From contig JAUIJB010000001.1 of assembly GCA_030430455.1 (NCBI GenBank), positions 35,219 to 99,218 on the forward strand: a stretch of DNA of 64,000 bases, given 5' to 3'. Numbering within the stretch: the first letter of the stretch is position 1; every line of letters begins with the position of its first letter. Below the pieces are notes generated by a model. That model was not told the DNA's origin. It made no database searches and was given only the letters and a program-made list of their open reading frames with translations. Shown one piece after another: positions 24,887-32,540 of this stretch. The position numbers and the translations under genes were made by a program. The stretch comes from Verrucomicrobiia bacterium (GTDB taxonomy: Bacteria > Verrucomicrobiota > Verrucomicrobiia > Verrucomicrobiales > Akkermansiaceae).

Positions 24887-26866
24887 TCAGGCTTCCCAGT
24901 GCTCCGACAGGATCACCAAGCGCCGCCCGGCGCGGGTGCAGCCCATGTAGAGCCGGCGGGTGTGGTCGGCGGCGAGCTCGGCGCGGGCGGGTTCATCGAG
25001 GCGCGGGTCGCCCTCCCGCTCGAGCAGCCCGTCGACGCCGAGCAGGAAGACCACCGCGGCCTCAAGGCCGGTGGCCGAGGTGAGCCGCGACACCGCACAG
25101 AAGCGGTCGACCGGTTGGGCCTGGCGCTCGTCGAGGTCGGCCACGGCCGAGTCGCCGAGTCGATGCCGCAAGGCGCCGACCAAGCCGCGGGTTGCCAGGC
25201 TGTCGGCGTGGAGCAGGAGCACGCTGCCGGCGAGGTGGGGGCTCTGTTCGCGGAGCTTCGCGACTTCGTCGACGGCCCGCCGCAGCGCTTCCTGGCCGCC
25301 GACCGACAGCAGCTCGGGCGGCTCGCCGGCCTCGTCGGTGGCCGCCAGCTCGTCGTCGCTCGGCGGATCGAGGTCGTCGATGCTCCCGGGGTGGAGGGTC
25401 CGGCGGCGTTCGACCAGACCGCGGGCGAACTCGAGGATGGCGCGGGTCGAGCGGTAGGGTCGTCCGAGCCGACTCGAGCGGCCGCGCACCTCGATGCCGG
25501 CGGCCGACCAGCTCTCGCGCCGCTTCAGGAAGCCCTGGGTCGGGTCGGCGGCGAGGAACAGCTGTCCGCCGGGACGCAGCGCCGCCAACACGGGCTCGAA
25601 CCAGACCTTGGCGAAGAACTGGGCCTCGTCGACGAAGATGAAGTCGTAGCTCGGCAGGGACTCGGGATGGCTGCGGGCGTGGTTGCGGAAGCGCAGGGCC
25701 TGCTCGTGCCAGTCGCTCTCGCCGAGACGGGCCATGTCCGCCCGGTGGCGCTCGAGCAGCTCCCAGACCTTCTCCCGCGCGCCCGTGCTCAGCGCCATCA
25801 CCCGGCCGCTGCGTTCCAGCGCCTGGTATTCCTCCAGGCTTTCCACGCCGAGGTCGCGCAGGTAGCCGATCTCCTCGGCGACGAAGCTCGCGCCCAGCCG
25901 GCCCAGGTCGATTTCCCGCATCAGCGCCTCGACGCGCCGCTCGACCGCCCACGCCGAGAGCACCCGCTCCGGCCAGTTCCTCGACTGGCGGCGTGCCCAG
26001 GCGAAGAAGGTGCGCCACTCGATCCTCCTCGTGGCGCCCGCGGTGAGCTGGAAGCGGCGCTCGAGCTCGCTGTTGATCGGTCGGTTGTGGGTCAGCACCA
26101 GCACCCGCGCCGAGCGATTCAGCCGCGCCACCAGCAGGGCACGATGGAGCAGCACCAGCGACTTGCCGCAGCCGGCCGGCCCGGTCACCAGGCGGGTGTC
26201 GAATCGCCGCGCCTCCCGCTCCAGCTCGGCGGGGAGCTCGAGCTCGATCTTGGCCAGCGCCTCCTGACCGAGGTCGAGAAAGGCCGGTGGCAGGGCGCCG
26301 GCGTCGCCGCGCCGGGCCAGGGGAACTCGTGCCGGCGAGTGCGCGATCACCGACTCCGGCGTGAACCGCCGGCGCAGCTGGATGAGCACGGGGTCCGCGA
26401 CGGCGGCGCCCGCGAGGGCCACCAGGCGAGCCTGGAAGTCGGCGGGGTTGCGCTGCTTGAGGCCGAGGAAGACGACCCCGCTATCGGCCGAGCGCAGCTC
26501 CTCGACCTCGTCGATCGTGCCGGCGTCAACATTGGGAAAGGCCACCAGGCAGCGGACCCCGGGGTCGCGCCGGCCGCCCAGCGCGGCGTGGAACCCGGCG
26601 AGGTCGCCGAGCTGCTCCACCGGCACCTGCTCCTCCTCGAGGAAGGACGGCTGCAGGGCGGTCTCGGCCAATTCCTGCGAGGTCCCGGCCACCCGGATCA
26701 GGAAGGCGTGGCGGCGGCGCCAGAGGACCAGGAAGGCCGGTCCCTCGCCGTCCCCGAGCCGGGTCCACACGGTGAAGTCGTCGTCGAGCCGCTTCAACAG
26801 ACGGAACATCACCTGCACCGCCATCGGCGCGGTCGAGAGCGGCCTGTTGGGGATCATCGTGGCCAT
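24887..26866 (-). CDS. SF1A UvrD-like helicase with degenerate NERD-like N-terminal domain
   Basis: N-terminus MIPNRPL...FLVLWRRRHAFLIRVAG has a NERD-like layout, but the EVK position reads IRV. Walker A GPAGCGKS, FIFVDEAQ, DPTQ, YRSTRAILEFA, LYMGCTRAGRRLVI. Confidence 0.85.
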   Translation of the reverse strand: MATMIPNRPLSTAPMAVQVMFRLLKRLDDDFTVWTRLGDGEGPAFLVLWRRRHAFLIRVAGTSQELAETALQPSFLEEEQVPVEQLGDLAGFHAALGGRRDPGVRCLVAFPNVDAGTIDEVEELRSADSGVVFLGLKQRNPADFQARLVALAGAAVADPVLIQLRRRFTPESVIAHSPARVPLARRGDAGALPPAFLDLGQEALAKIELELPAELEREARRFDTRLVTGPAGCGKSLVLLHRALLVARLNRSARVLVLTHNRPINSELERRFQLTAGATRRIEWRTFFAWARRQSRNWPERVLSAWAVERRVEALMREIDLGRLGASFVAEEIGYLRDLGVESLEEYQALERSGRVMALSTGAREKVWELLERHRADMARLGESDWHEQALRFRNHARSHPESLPSYDFIFVDEAQFFAKVWFEPVLAALRPGGQLFLAADPTQGFLKRRESWSAAGIEVRGRSSRLGRPYRSTRAILEFARGLVERRRTLHPGSIDDLDPPSDDELAATDEAGEPPELLSVGGQEALRRAVDEVAKLREQSPHLAGSVLLLHADSLATRGLVGALRHRLGDSAVADLDERQAQPVDRFCAVSRLTSATGLEAAVVFLLGVDGLLEREGDPRLDEPARAELAADHTRRLYMGCTRAGRRLVILSEHWEA

Positions 26867-26869
26867 GGC

Positions 26870-28636
26870 TTATCGGCGTCGGATCACGGCCTCCGGCGCG
26901 ACGCTCCGGCACCAGGATGAGAAGCAGGTCGCGCCCTCGTCGCCCGCGTCGGCCAGCGACTCGGCGGTCGCCAGCAGGCCCTCGGAGGCGACGACCACCA
27001 CCTTGCGCCGCGCGCGGGTGACGGCGACGTTCCAGCGCTCCCGCTGGAACAGGAAACCGGCCATGCGCCGCACCCACTCCGGCTTGGACGAGGCGAGCGA
27101 GACCACGATCACCTCGCGCTCCTGGCCCTGGAAGCGCTCGACCGTGTCCACGGTCACCCGGCCGGCCGTGGTGGTGCCGTCGTACGGGATCCGTAGGAGT
27201 TGGCGGATCCTCGCGGCCTGCGCCCGGAAGGGCGTGATGATGCCGACCTCCTCCGGCGCCAGCCCGCCGCCGACCAGGGCCCGGACGAGGTCCGCCGTTT
27301 CCTGCGCCTCGCCGGCGGACATCACCGAGCTTCCCTTGACCTCCTCGTCGTCCCGAACCACCAGGGCGACCGCGGCCGGGGTGGCGAGGGCCGGGTGGTC
27401 GGAGGGCGGCGCGAGGGTGAGCCTGCGGTCGTGACGGCAGCTCAGCCGGCCGCGGTAGAAGGTCACCGACGGCCACTCGGCCAGCTCGGCGTTGAGGCGC
27501 CAGGTCTCCTCCAGCATGCTGTCGAAGTCGCGGTTCCTGAGGAGGCCGAAGACGGACCGCTCGCGCGCCGGGCGGCCGTCGTCGACCAGCAGCACCGGCG
27601 GAAGCTGGTGGTCGTCGCCGAAGAACAGCCAGCGCTCGCCGTGGAGCATCGCCATCACCGCCACCATCGGGGTGACCTGCGAGGCCTCGTCGACGACGAC
27701 CGTGTCGAAGCGGGCCTCGCACAGCCCGGTGCCCGGCGAGCCAAGGGCGAAGGGGGTCGCGCCGATCACGTGGGGCTCGGCCGACTCCAGCAGGCCGCTC
27801 TCGGCGTAGCTCTCGAAGGACTCGACGGATTCCGGTCCGCGCAGGACCGGCCCGATCTTCGCCACCCGGACCGCCGCGGGCAGGGCCCTGCGGCAGCTCT
27901 CCAGGGCGTGGCCGATCGCCCGGTGGGTCGGCCCGGTCACCAGCACCCGCTCGCCGCGCTCGACCAGCCGGCGCACCACCTCGGCGAGCACGTGGGTCTT
28001 TCCGGTTCCCGGCGGCCCCTGGACGAGCCAGGCGTTGCGGGTGGCCACGCAGGCTTCGATCGCCTCCTTCTGCGAGTCGTGCCAGAGCGGGTCGTTGACC
28101 TCGTCGTCGAGTTCGTCGGCCACGGCGGCGAAGGTCTCGCCATCGATCTCGCCCTGCTCGTCGCCCATCAGCAGCGGCAGGATCCGCTCGCGTCCCAGGG
28201 CGGTCCCGGCGAGCCCCTCCATGGCGGCGGCGTAGCGTTCGGTGAGGTCGACATGGTCGCGGTCCATCACCCGGTCGCGGCTCCCCGGCGGCGGGAGCGA
28301 GCCGCGCCAGCGGTGCAGGTGGATGCCGTCGTCGTCCTCGCCCAGGTGGATGAACTTGCCCTCGGGCGCCCAGGGGGTGTCGCTGCTCAGGCCGACGAAG
28401 TCGCCCTCGCGCAGGCGGCACTCCCCGCTCTCGTCCTCATGAACCGGCCGCAGCACCACGCGGTCCTGGCAAACCCTCACCACCTCCAGGGGGCCGAGCG
28501 CGTGACCCTCACGAATCCGCTCGGCAAGGGGGGTGTTCCAGATTTCCTCGATGCCCCGCCGCCCGGCCGCCAGTTCACGCCGCCAGCCCTGGTCGAGTTC
28601 ATCGAGCCATTCGCGCTGTTCCTCGGCGCTTGCCAT
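26870..28636 (-). CDS. SF1B Upf1/IGHMBP2/DNA2-like helicase (AAA_11/AAA_12 type) with N-terminal barrel-like domain
   Basis: GPPGTGKTH, VVDEASQ, FGDDHQLPPV, ERFQGQEREVIVVS, NVAVTRARRKVVVV. N-terminal LREGDFVGLS segment. Its stop is 3 nt before the downstream helicase ATG. Confidence 0.85.
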   Translation of the reverse strand: MASAEEQREWLDELDQGWRRELAAGRRGIEEIWNTPLAERIREGHALGPLEVVRVCQDRVVLRPVHEDESGECRLREGDFVGLSSDTPWAPEGKFIHLGEDDDGIHLHRWRGSLPPPGSRDRVMDRDHVDLTERYAAAMEGLAGTALGRERILPLLMGDEQGEIDGETFAAVADELDDEVNDPLWHDSQKEAIEACVATRNAWLVQGPPGTGKTHVLAEVVRRLVERGERVLVTGPTHRAIGHALESCRRALPAAVRVAKIGPVLRGPESVESFESYAESGLLESAEPHVIGATPFALGSPGTGLCEARFDTVVVDEASQVTPMVAVMAMLHGERWLFFGDDHQLPPVLLVDDGRPARERSVFGLLRNRDFDSMLEETWRLNAELAEWPSVTFYRGRLSCRHDRRLTLAPPSDHPALATPAAVALVVRDDEEVKGSSVMSAGEAQETADLVRALVGGGLAPEEVGIITPFRAQAARIRQLLRIPYDGTTTAGRVTVDTVERFQGQEREVIVVSLASSKPEWVRRMAGFLFQRERWNVAVTRARRKVVVVASEGLLATAESLADAGDEGATCFSSWCRSVAPEAVIRRR

Positions 28637-28715
28637 CGGTGGCGAAACTAGCGGGCAACTGATACTTTGGAAGCCGGAAGCAATAACTCGCCAAGGTCTC
28701 GGAGTATCCTTGAAA

Positions 28716-28749
28716 TTGACATCAAAACCCCATCATGGCAAATTGCCAT
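28716..28749 (+). promoter_or_regulatory. putative vapB promoter (-35 TTGACA) and 6-3-6 palindromic operator
   Basis: TTGACA at 28716-28721. ATGGCA-AAT-TGCCAT at 28735-28749 overlaps a weak -10 (CAAATT). Confidence 0.3.
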
Positions 28750-29064
28750 CATCCGATGATCAAGACGCAGGTTCAGATTCCGGACGAGCTCTTCGAGCGG
28801 GCCAAGAAGGTGGCGGCGGCGAAAGAGTGGTCGTTTGCCGAGTTGGTGCGTCGGGGGCTGGAGCAGATGACCTCGAGGTATCCGGCGGGGGAGATCCGCG
28901 AGGCGCGTGCGTGGAAGCTGCCCGCCGCGCTCGACCTGGACCTGAGGGAGGATCCCTTCGGCAACGAAGCTTGGCGGGAGGAGATCAACCTCGGCTCGGG
29001 AGCGAGCCGGGCCATTGCCGATCGGCTTCGCGAGGAAGCGGCGCGCTACGAGTCCGGGGAATGA
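28735..29064 (+). CDS. VapB-type antitoxin (ribbon-helix-helix-like N-terminus)
   Basis: IKTQVQIPDELFERAKKVAAAKEWSFAELVRRGLE. 4-nt ATGA overlap with the PIN gene. True start may be the ATG at 28756. Confidence 0.65.
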   Translation: MANCHHPMIKTQVQIPDELFERAKKVAAAKEWSFAELVRRGLEQMTSRYPAGEIREARAWKLPAALDLDLREDPFGNEAWREEINLGSGASRAIADRLREEAARYESGE

Positions 29065-29507
29065 CGAGCTGCGACACCAACATCCTGTTCCTCGCGCTGG
29101 AGGCGAGCCGGCCGGGGCACGCGGAGGCGCGTGCCTTCCTCGAGGGGGTGAGCGAGGACCCCGAGTTCGCCCTCTGCGAGTTGGTTCTTGTCGAGCTCTA
29201 TGTCCTGCTCAGGAACCCGGTCGTGGCGCGGCGGCCCCTGGCTCCGAAGGCGGCGGCCGGGATGATCCGGTCCCTTCGCGCGAACCCCAGATGGGACATC
29301 CTCGACTACCCCGGACCCGCAGCCGGGGTGATGGAGGTAGTCTGGAAGATGGCCGCGACGCGGGACTTTGCGCGGCGTCGCATCTTCGACGCGCGGCTGG
29401 CGCTGACCTTGCGCCACCACGGAGTGACCGAGTTCGCCACGGCGAATGAGAAGGACTTCCGCTCGTTCGGGTTCACGCGGGTGTGGAATCCGCTCGCCGG
29501 GCGCTGA
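29061..29507 (+). CDS. vapC: PIN-domain ribonuclease toxin VapC
   Basis: MTSCDTNILF (Asp in first strand), CELVLVELY, RRRIFDARLALT and FATANEKDF segments typical of PIN. Confidence 0.8.
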   Translation: MTSCDTNILFLALEASRPGHAEARAFLEGVSEDPEFALCELVLVELYVLLRNPVVARRPLAPKAAAGMIRSLRANPRWDILDYPGPAAGVMEVVWKMAATRDFARRRIFDARLALTLRHHGVTEFATANEKDFRSFGFTRVWNPLAGR

Positions 29508-29531
29508 TTCGCGGCCGCAAGGGCGGGTCCC

Positions 29532-30815
29532 TCAGAGGTGCTTGTCCATGAAGTCGAGGAAGACGGGCCAGTCGTCGGGGATCATGCCGTGGCCGCCGTC
29601 GTGCATCAGGTAGCCGAGGCGGTTCATCATCGGCTCGCCGAGCGGCGGCTGCGGGAAGTCCTCGATGCCCTTCCTGCCGAGGAGGTGGAACACGGGGGTC
29701 GCGGCGCGCGCGGCGACGAACTCGCCGTAGGGGTCGGACCATTTGTCGGTCGAGCCGGTCTGCAGGAGCACCGCGCGGGGGGCGATCAGGCTGAGGATGA
29801 AGTGGGAGTCCCACGGAGCCTCCTCCTCGCGGCCGACCCAGCTGGCAAACTTCGCAGCGAACCAATGGGGGAAGCGCTCCACCAGGTGCGCCGGCCGCTC
29901 GCCGTAGCGGCGACGGTTGAGCGAGGCGCCGCCGGAGCCGGAGACGCTGGCCAGCACGCAGGCGACCCGCTCGTCGCGTGCACCCGCCCAGATCACGGTC
30001 TTGCCGAGGCGGGAGACCCCGGTGATGGCGACCCTCGAGGCGTCGATTTCCGCGTCCGTCTCGAAGTAGTCGATCACCCGGCTGATGCCCCAGCCCCACG
30101 CGGCGATCGCGCCCCAGTCTTCCGCGCCCGGCTTGCTCTGGCCCTCCTGGCCCTCCCCGAGGAAGTGGTGGCGAATGCCATGGGCGAAGCCATTGACGTC
30201 GTCGGGCTCGATGTCGGCGTAGTTGAAGTGGGCCACCGCGTAGCCGCGCTCGAGCGCCAGCGGGATCATTCGCAGCTTGCCGAAGGGTCCGCCCTCCGTC
30301 GCCGGCTCGCGGCGTTGCGCCTCCTTGTTCCAGCTTCGCCCGACCTTCACCCCGGGGTCGTCGACCGCCAGGTTGTTGGCGACCCAGCCGATGTTGAGCA
30401 GGACCGGGCAGTCGCCCTCGGACTCCGCCGGGAGGTAGACCACGAGGTCGAGGAACTGCTCCCCGGCCTTGTCGAAGGTGATGGTGACCTGCTTGCGGCG
30501 GGCGCTGCCGTCGAATGCCGGGGTTCCCTCGTCGAAGGCATCGAAGGCCATGGCCTCGGGTCGCGGTGGCACGCGGCCGTACTGGTTGGCCTCGACGATC
30601 CCGAGAATCCGCGGCCGCTGCACCTCGTTCCAGGTCGCCGGGTCCGTGACCGGCTTGCCGTCACTGCCGGTGAGCGGGTCGGGAAGCTCGAACCAACCAG
30701 CCTTGGCCTCGGTGTAGTTGACCGGAATCCCGGCCACCACTTCGTCCGGGGAGTCGATGATCTGGGCGAGGGCCGGGATGGCCAGCAGCGGGAGGACGAA
30801 GAGGGCGGCGTTCAT
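29532..30815 (-). CDS. secreted alpha/beta hydrolase, carbohydrate esterase family 15-like (glucuronoyl esterase)
   Basis: Signal MNAALFVLPLLAIPALAQ. GVSRLGKT matches the CE15 G-C-S-R-x-G nucleophile motif with Val for Cys. Distal DGGHG. Confidence 0.7.
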   Translation of the reverse strand: MNAALFVLPLLAIPALAQIIDSPDEVVAGIPVNYTEAKAGWFELPDPLTGSDGKPVTDPATWNEVQRPRILGIVEANQYGRVPPRPEAMAFDAFDEGTPAFDGSARRKQVTITFDKAGEQFLDLVVYLPAESEGDCPVLLNIGWVANNLAVDDPGVKVGRSWNKEAQRREPATEGGPFGKLRMIPLALERGYAVAHFNYADIEPDDVNGFAHGIRHHFLGEGQEGQSKPGAEDWGAIAAWGWGISRVIDYFETDAEIDASRVAITGVSRLGKTVIWAGARDERVACVLASVSGSGGASLNRRRYGERPAHLVERFPHWFAAKFASWVGREEEAPWDSHFILSLIAPRAVLLQTGSTDKWSDPYGEFVAARAATPVFHLLGRKGIEDFPQPPLGEPMMNRLGYLMHDGGHGMIPDDWPVFLDFMDKHL

Positions 30816-30930
30816 GGTTTCAAAGCAAGCCCCACTTCAGCACGGAGGGGGACGGCCGGGCCAGCCCGCATCTCGGTGGCCGGGGCTGGAAGCCTGGCCA
30901 CTCCCATTGCTCATCGAAGCCTGCCGATCA

Positions 30931-30990
30931 TGAAATGCTCTTCATTAATAAAAATAATAAAAGGACACACCTTCAATTGTGTTTGTCCTT
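30931..30990 (-). terminator. orphan intrinsic terminator in an AT-rich patch
   Basis: Minus strand reads AAGGACAAACAC-AATTGAAG-GTGTGTCCTT followed by TTATTATTTTTATTAATGAAG. No minus-strand gene ends immediately upstream. Confidence 0.5.
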
Positions 30991-31023
30991 GATGAGTGGA
31001 TGCGGGGTGGGTAGGGGTGGGGC

Positions 31024-32059
31024 ATGGCGAGGGCGCGGTGGATTGCTCCGTGGAGCGAGTCGGGGGTCAAACCGGCGGTGTATCACCTGATTTCACGGGT
31101 GGTGGAGCGGCGCTTTGCCTTCGGGGCGGAGGAAAAGGAGAAGTTCCGCACCCTGATGCGCATGACCGAGAACTTCACCGGTTGTCGGGTGCTGAGCTAC
31201 TGCATCATGTCCGCCCAAGGGTGCCCTGGTGCTTTCCGACGAGGACCTGCTGCGCCGCGTCGCGGTGTTTTACCCGAAGTGGAAGGTCGCCGAGCTGAGG
31301 GAACGGCTCGCGGCGGCAGCGGACTCGCCGGCGCTGCACGCGGAACTGGTCGAGGCCTACGCCTACCGAATGCACGACCTCAGCGAGTTCATGAAGATGC
31401 TGCTGCAGCGCTTCAGCTCTTGGTTCAACCGTCGGCACGAGCGTCGCGGACGGCTGTGGGAGCAGCGCTTCAAGAGCGTGCTGGTGGAGGACGGGACGGC
31501 GGCGCGGACGATGGCCGCCTACATCGACCTCAACCCGGTGCGAGGCGGGATCTGCCAGGATCCGGCGGACTACCGCTGGAGCAGCTACGGCGAGGCGGTG
31601 GCGGGGGGACGAAGGGCGCGGGCCGGTTTGGTGCGGGCGTGGCGCGGTCACGAGGGGGTGACGGGCACGGCGCGCGGCTGGGCGCAGGGCGGGCTGTCGC
31701 GACAGTACCGCCAGGTGCTGCTCGGGAAGGTCCTGAAGGAGCGGGAGGATGGCGAGGTCGGTGTCCGAGGAAGCCGGGGAAGCCGGGCAATGGCGGTGGA
31801 GCGGACCGGTCGGGAGCGAGGGGAACTCGATGCCAACGCGGGGGACCTGCGGATCTCGCAGGTGGTCCGGCATCGGGTGCGCTACTTCACCGACGGTGCG
31901 GTGATCGGCGGGCGGGGCTTCGTCGAGGAGGTCTTCGAGAGGTGCCGGGAGTACTTCGGCCCGAAGCGGAGGTTGGGAGCGAGGAAACCCCGAGGTGCCT
32001 TGGGAGCGCTGGCTGGAGAGGTTTGGACAGCGCGGGATCTTCGGCTCGGGGTGGATTGA
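31024..32059 (+). pseudogene. IS200/IS605-like (RAYT-type Y1) transposase, frameshifted, HUH region deleted
   Basis: Frame 1 MARARW...YHLISRVVERRFAF...VLSYCIMS breaks at ~31212. It continues in the +1 frame as PPKGALVLSDEDLL...RGRLWEQRFKSVLVED...YIDLNPVRGG...YRWSSY. The expected NHFH motif after CIMS is missing. Confidence 0.65.
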
Positions 32060-32189
32060 GCGGGCGGTCCCGATGAAGCCGGTGCCATCTGATGGCGCCG
32101 TGGTCCGTGGCGTCGATTGGCCAAGCACTCCCCCTGGAGTTGCCCGCGCTGGGTCGCGCAAGTGTTTGGTCACCGGTGGAAGCACTCTC

Positions 32190-32404
32190 GCCGAATGGCT
32201 GCAGCTTTTTCGCAGGACGCCTGCCAAGTCCTGCGTGACCATGCTGTCGGCATGAAGCAGCAGCAAGCTGCCCGCCAGGTGGCGTGAAACCTTCCTCAGC
32301 TTTGCAATCTCATCGACGGCGCGTCGGAGCGGTTGCTGGCCGCCGCTTCGCAAGACCGCCGGCCGATGGCCCTCCTCCTTGGTGGCGGTGAGCCCGACGA
32401 CCCC
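32190..32404 (-). pseudogene. relic of a second NERD/UvrD-like helicase copy
   Basis: GLTATKEEGHRPAVLRSGGQQPLRRAVDEIAKLRKVSRHLAGSLLLLHADSMVTQDLAGVLRKS aligns by eye with ELAATDEAGEPPELLSVGGQEALRRAVDEVAKLREQSPHLAGSVLLLHADSLATRGLVGALRHR of the 24887..26866 product. Bounded by an in-frame TAG. Confidence 0.6.
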
Positions 32405-32540
32405 CTAGGTATCTGCCGTTTGAGCCTCGTTGGAGGCAACCCTTCGGAAGGAAGAGAGGCAGCATCGGGGGGCAGTCCCGAATGGGTCGGGCCCCACGGG
32501 GGCGCTTGCAATCCGGCGATTCCGGCGCAGGAATCCCCAC

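Noticed and set aside
31205-32189. Remainder of the 382-aa minus-strand ORF 31205..32353 as an intact gene
   Set aside because: Only its first ~55 residues resemble the helicase. The rest is antisense to the Y1-transposase pseudogene and has no coding character.
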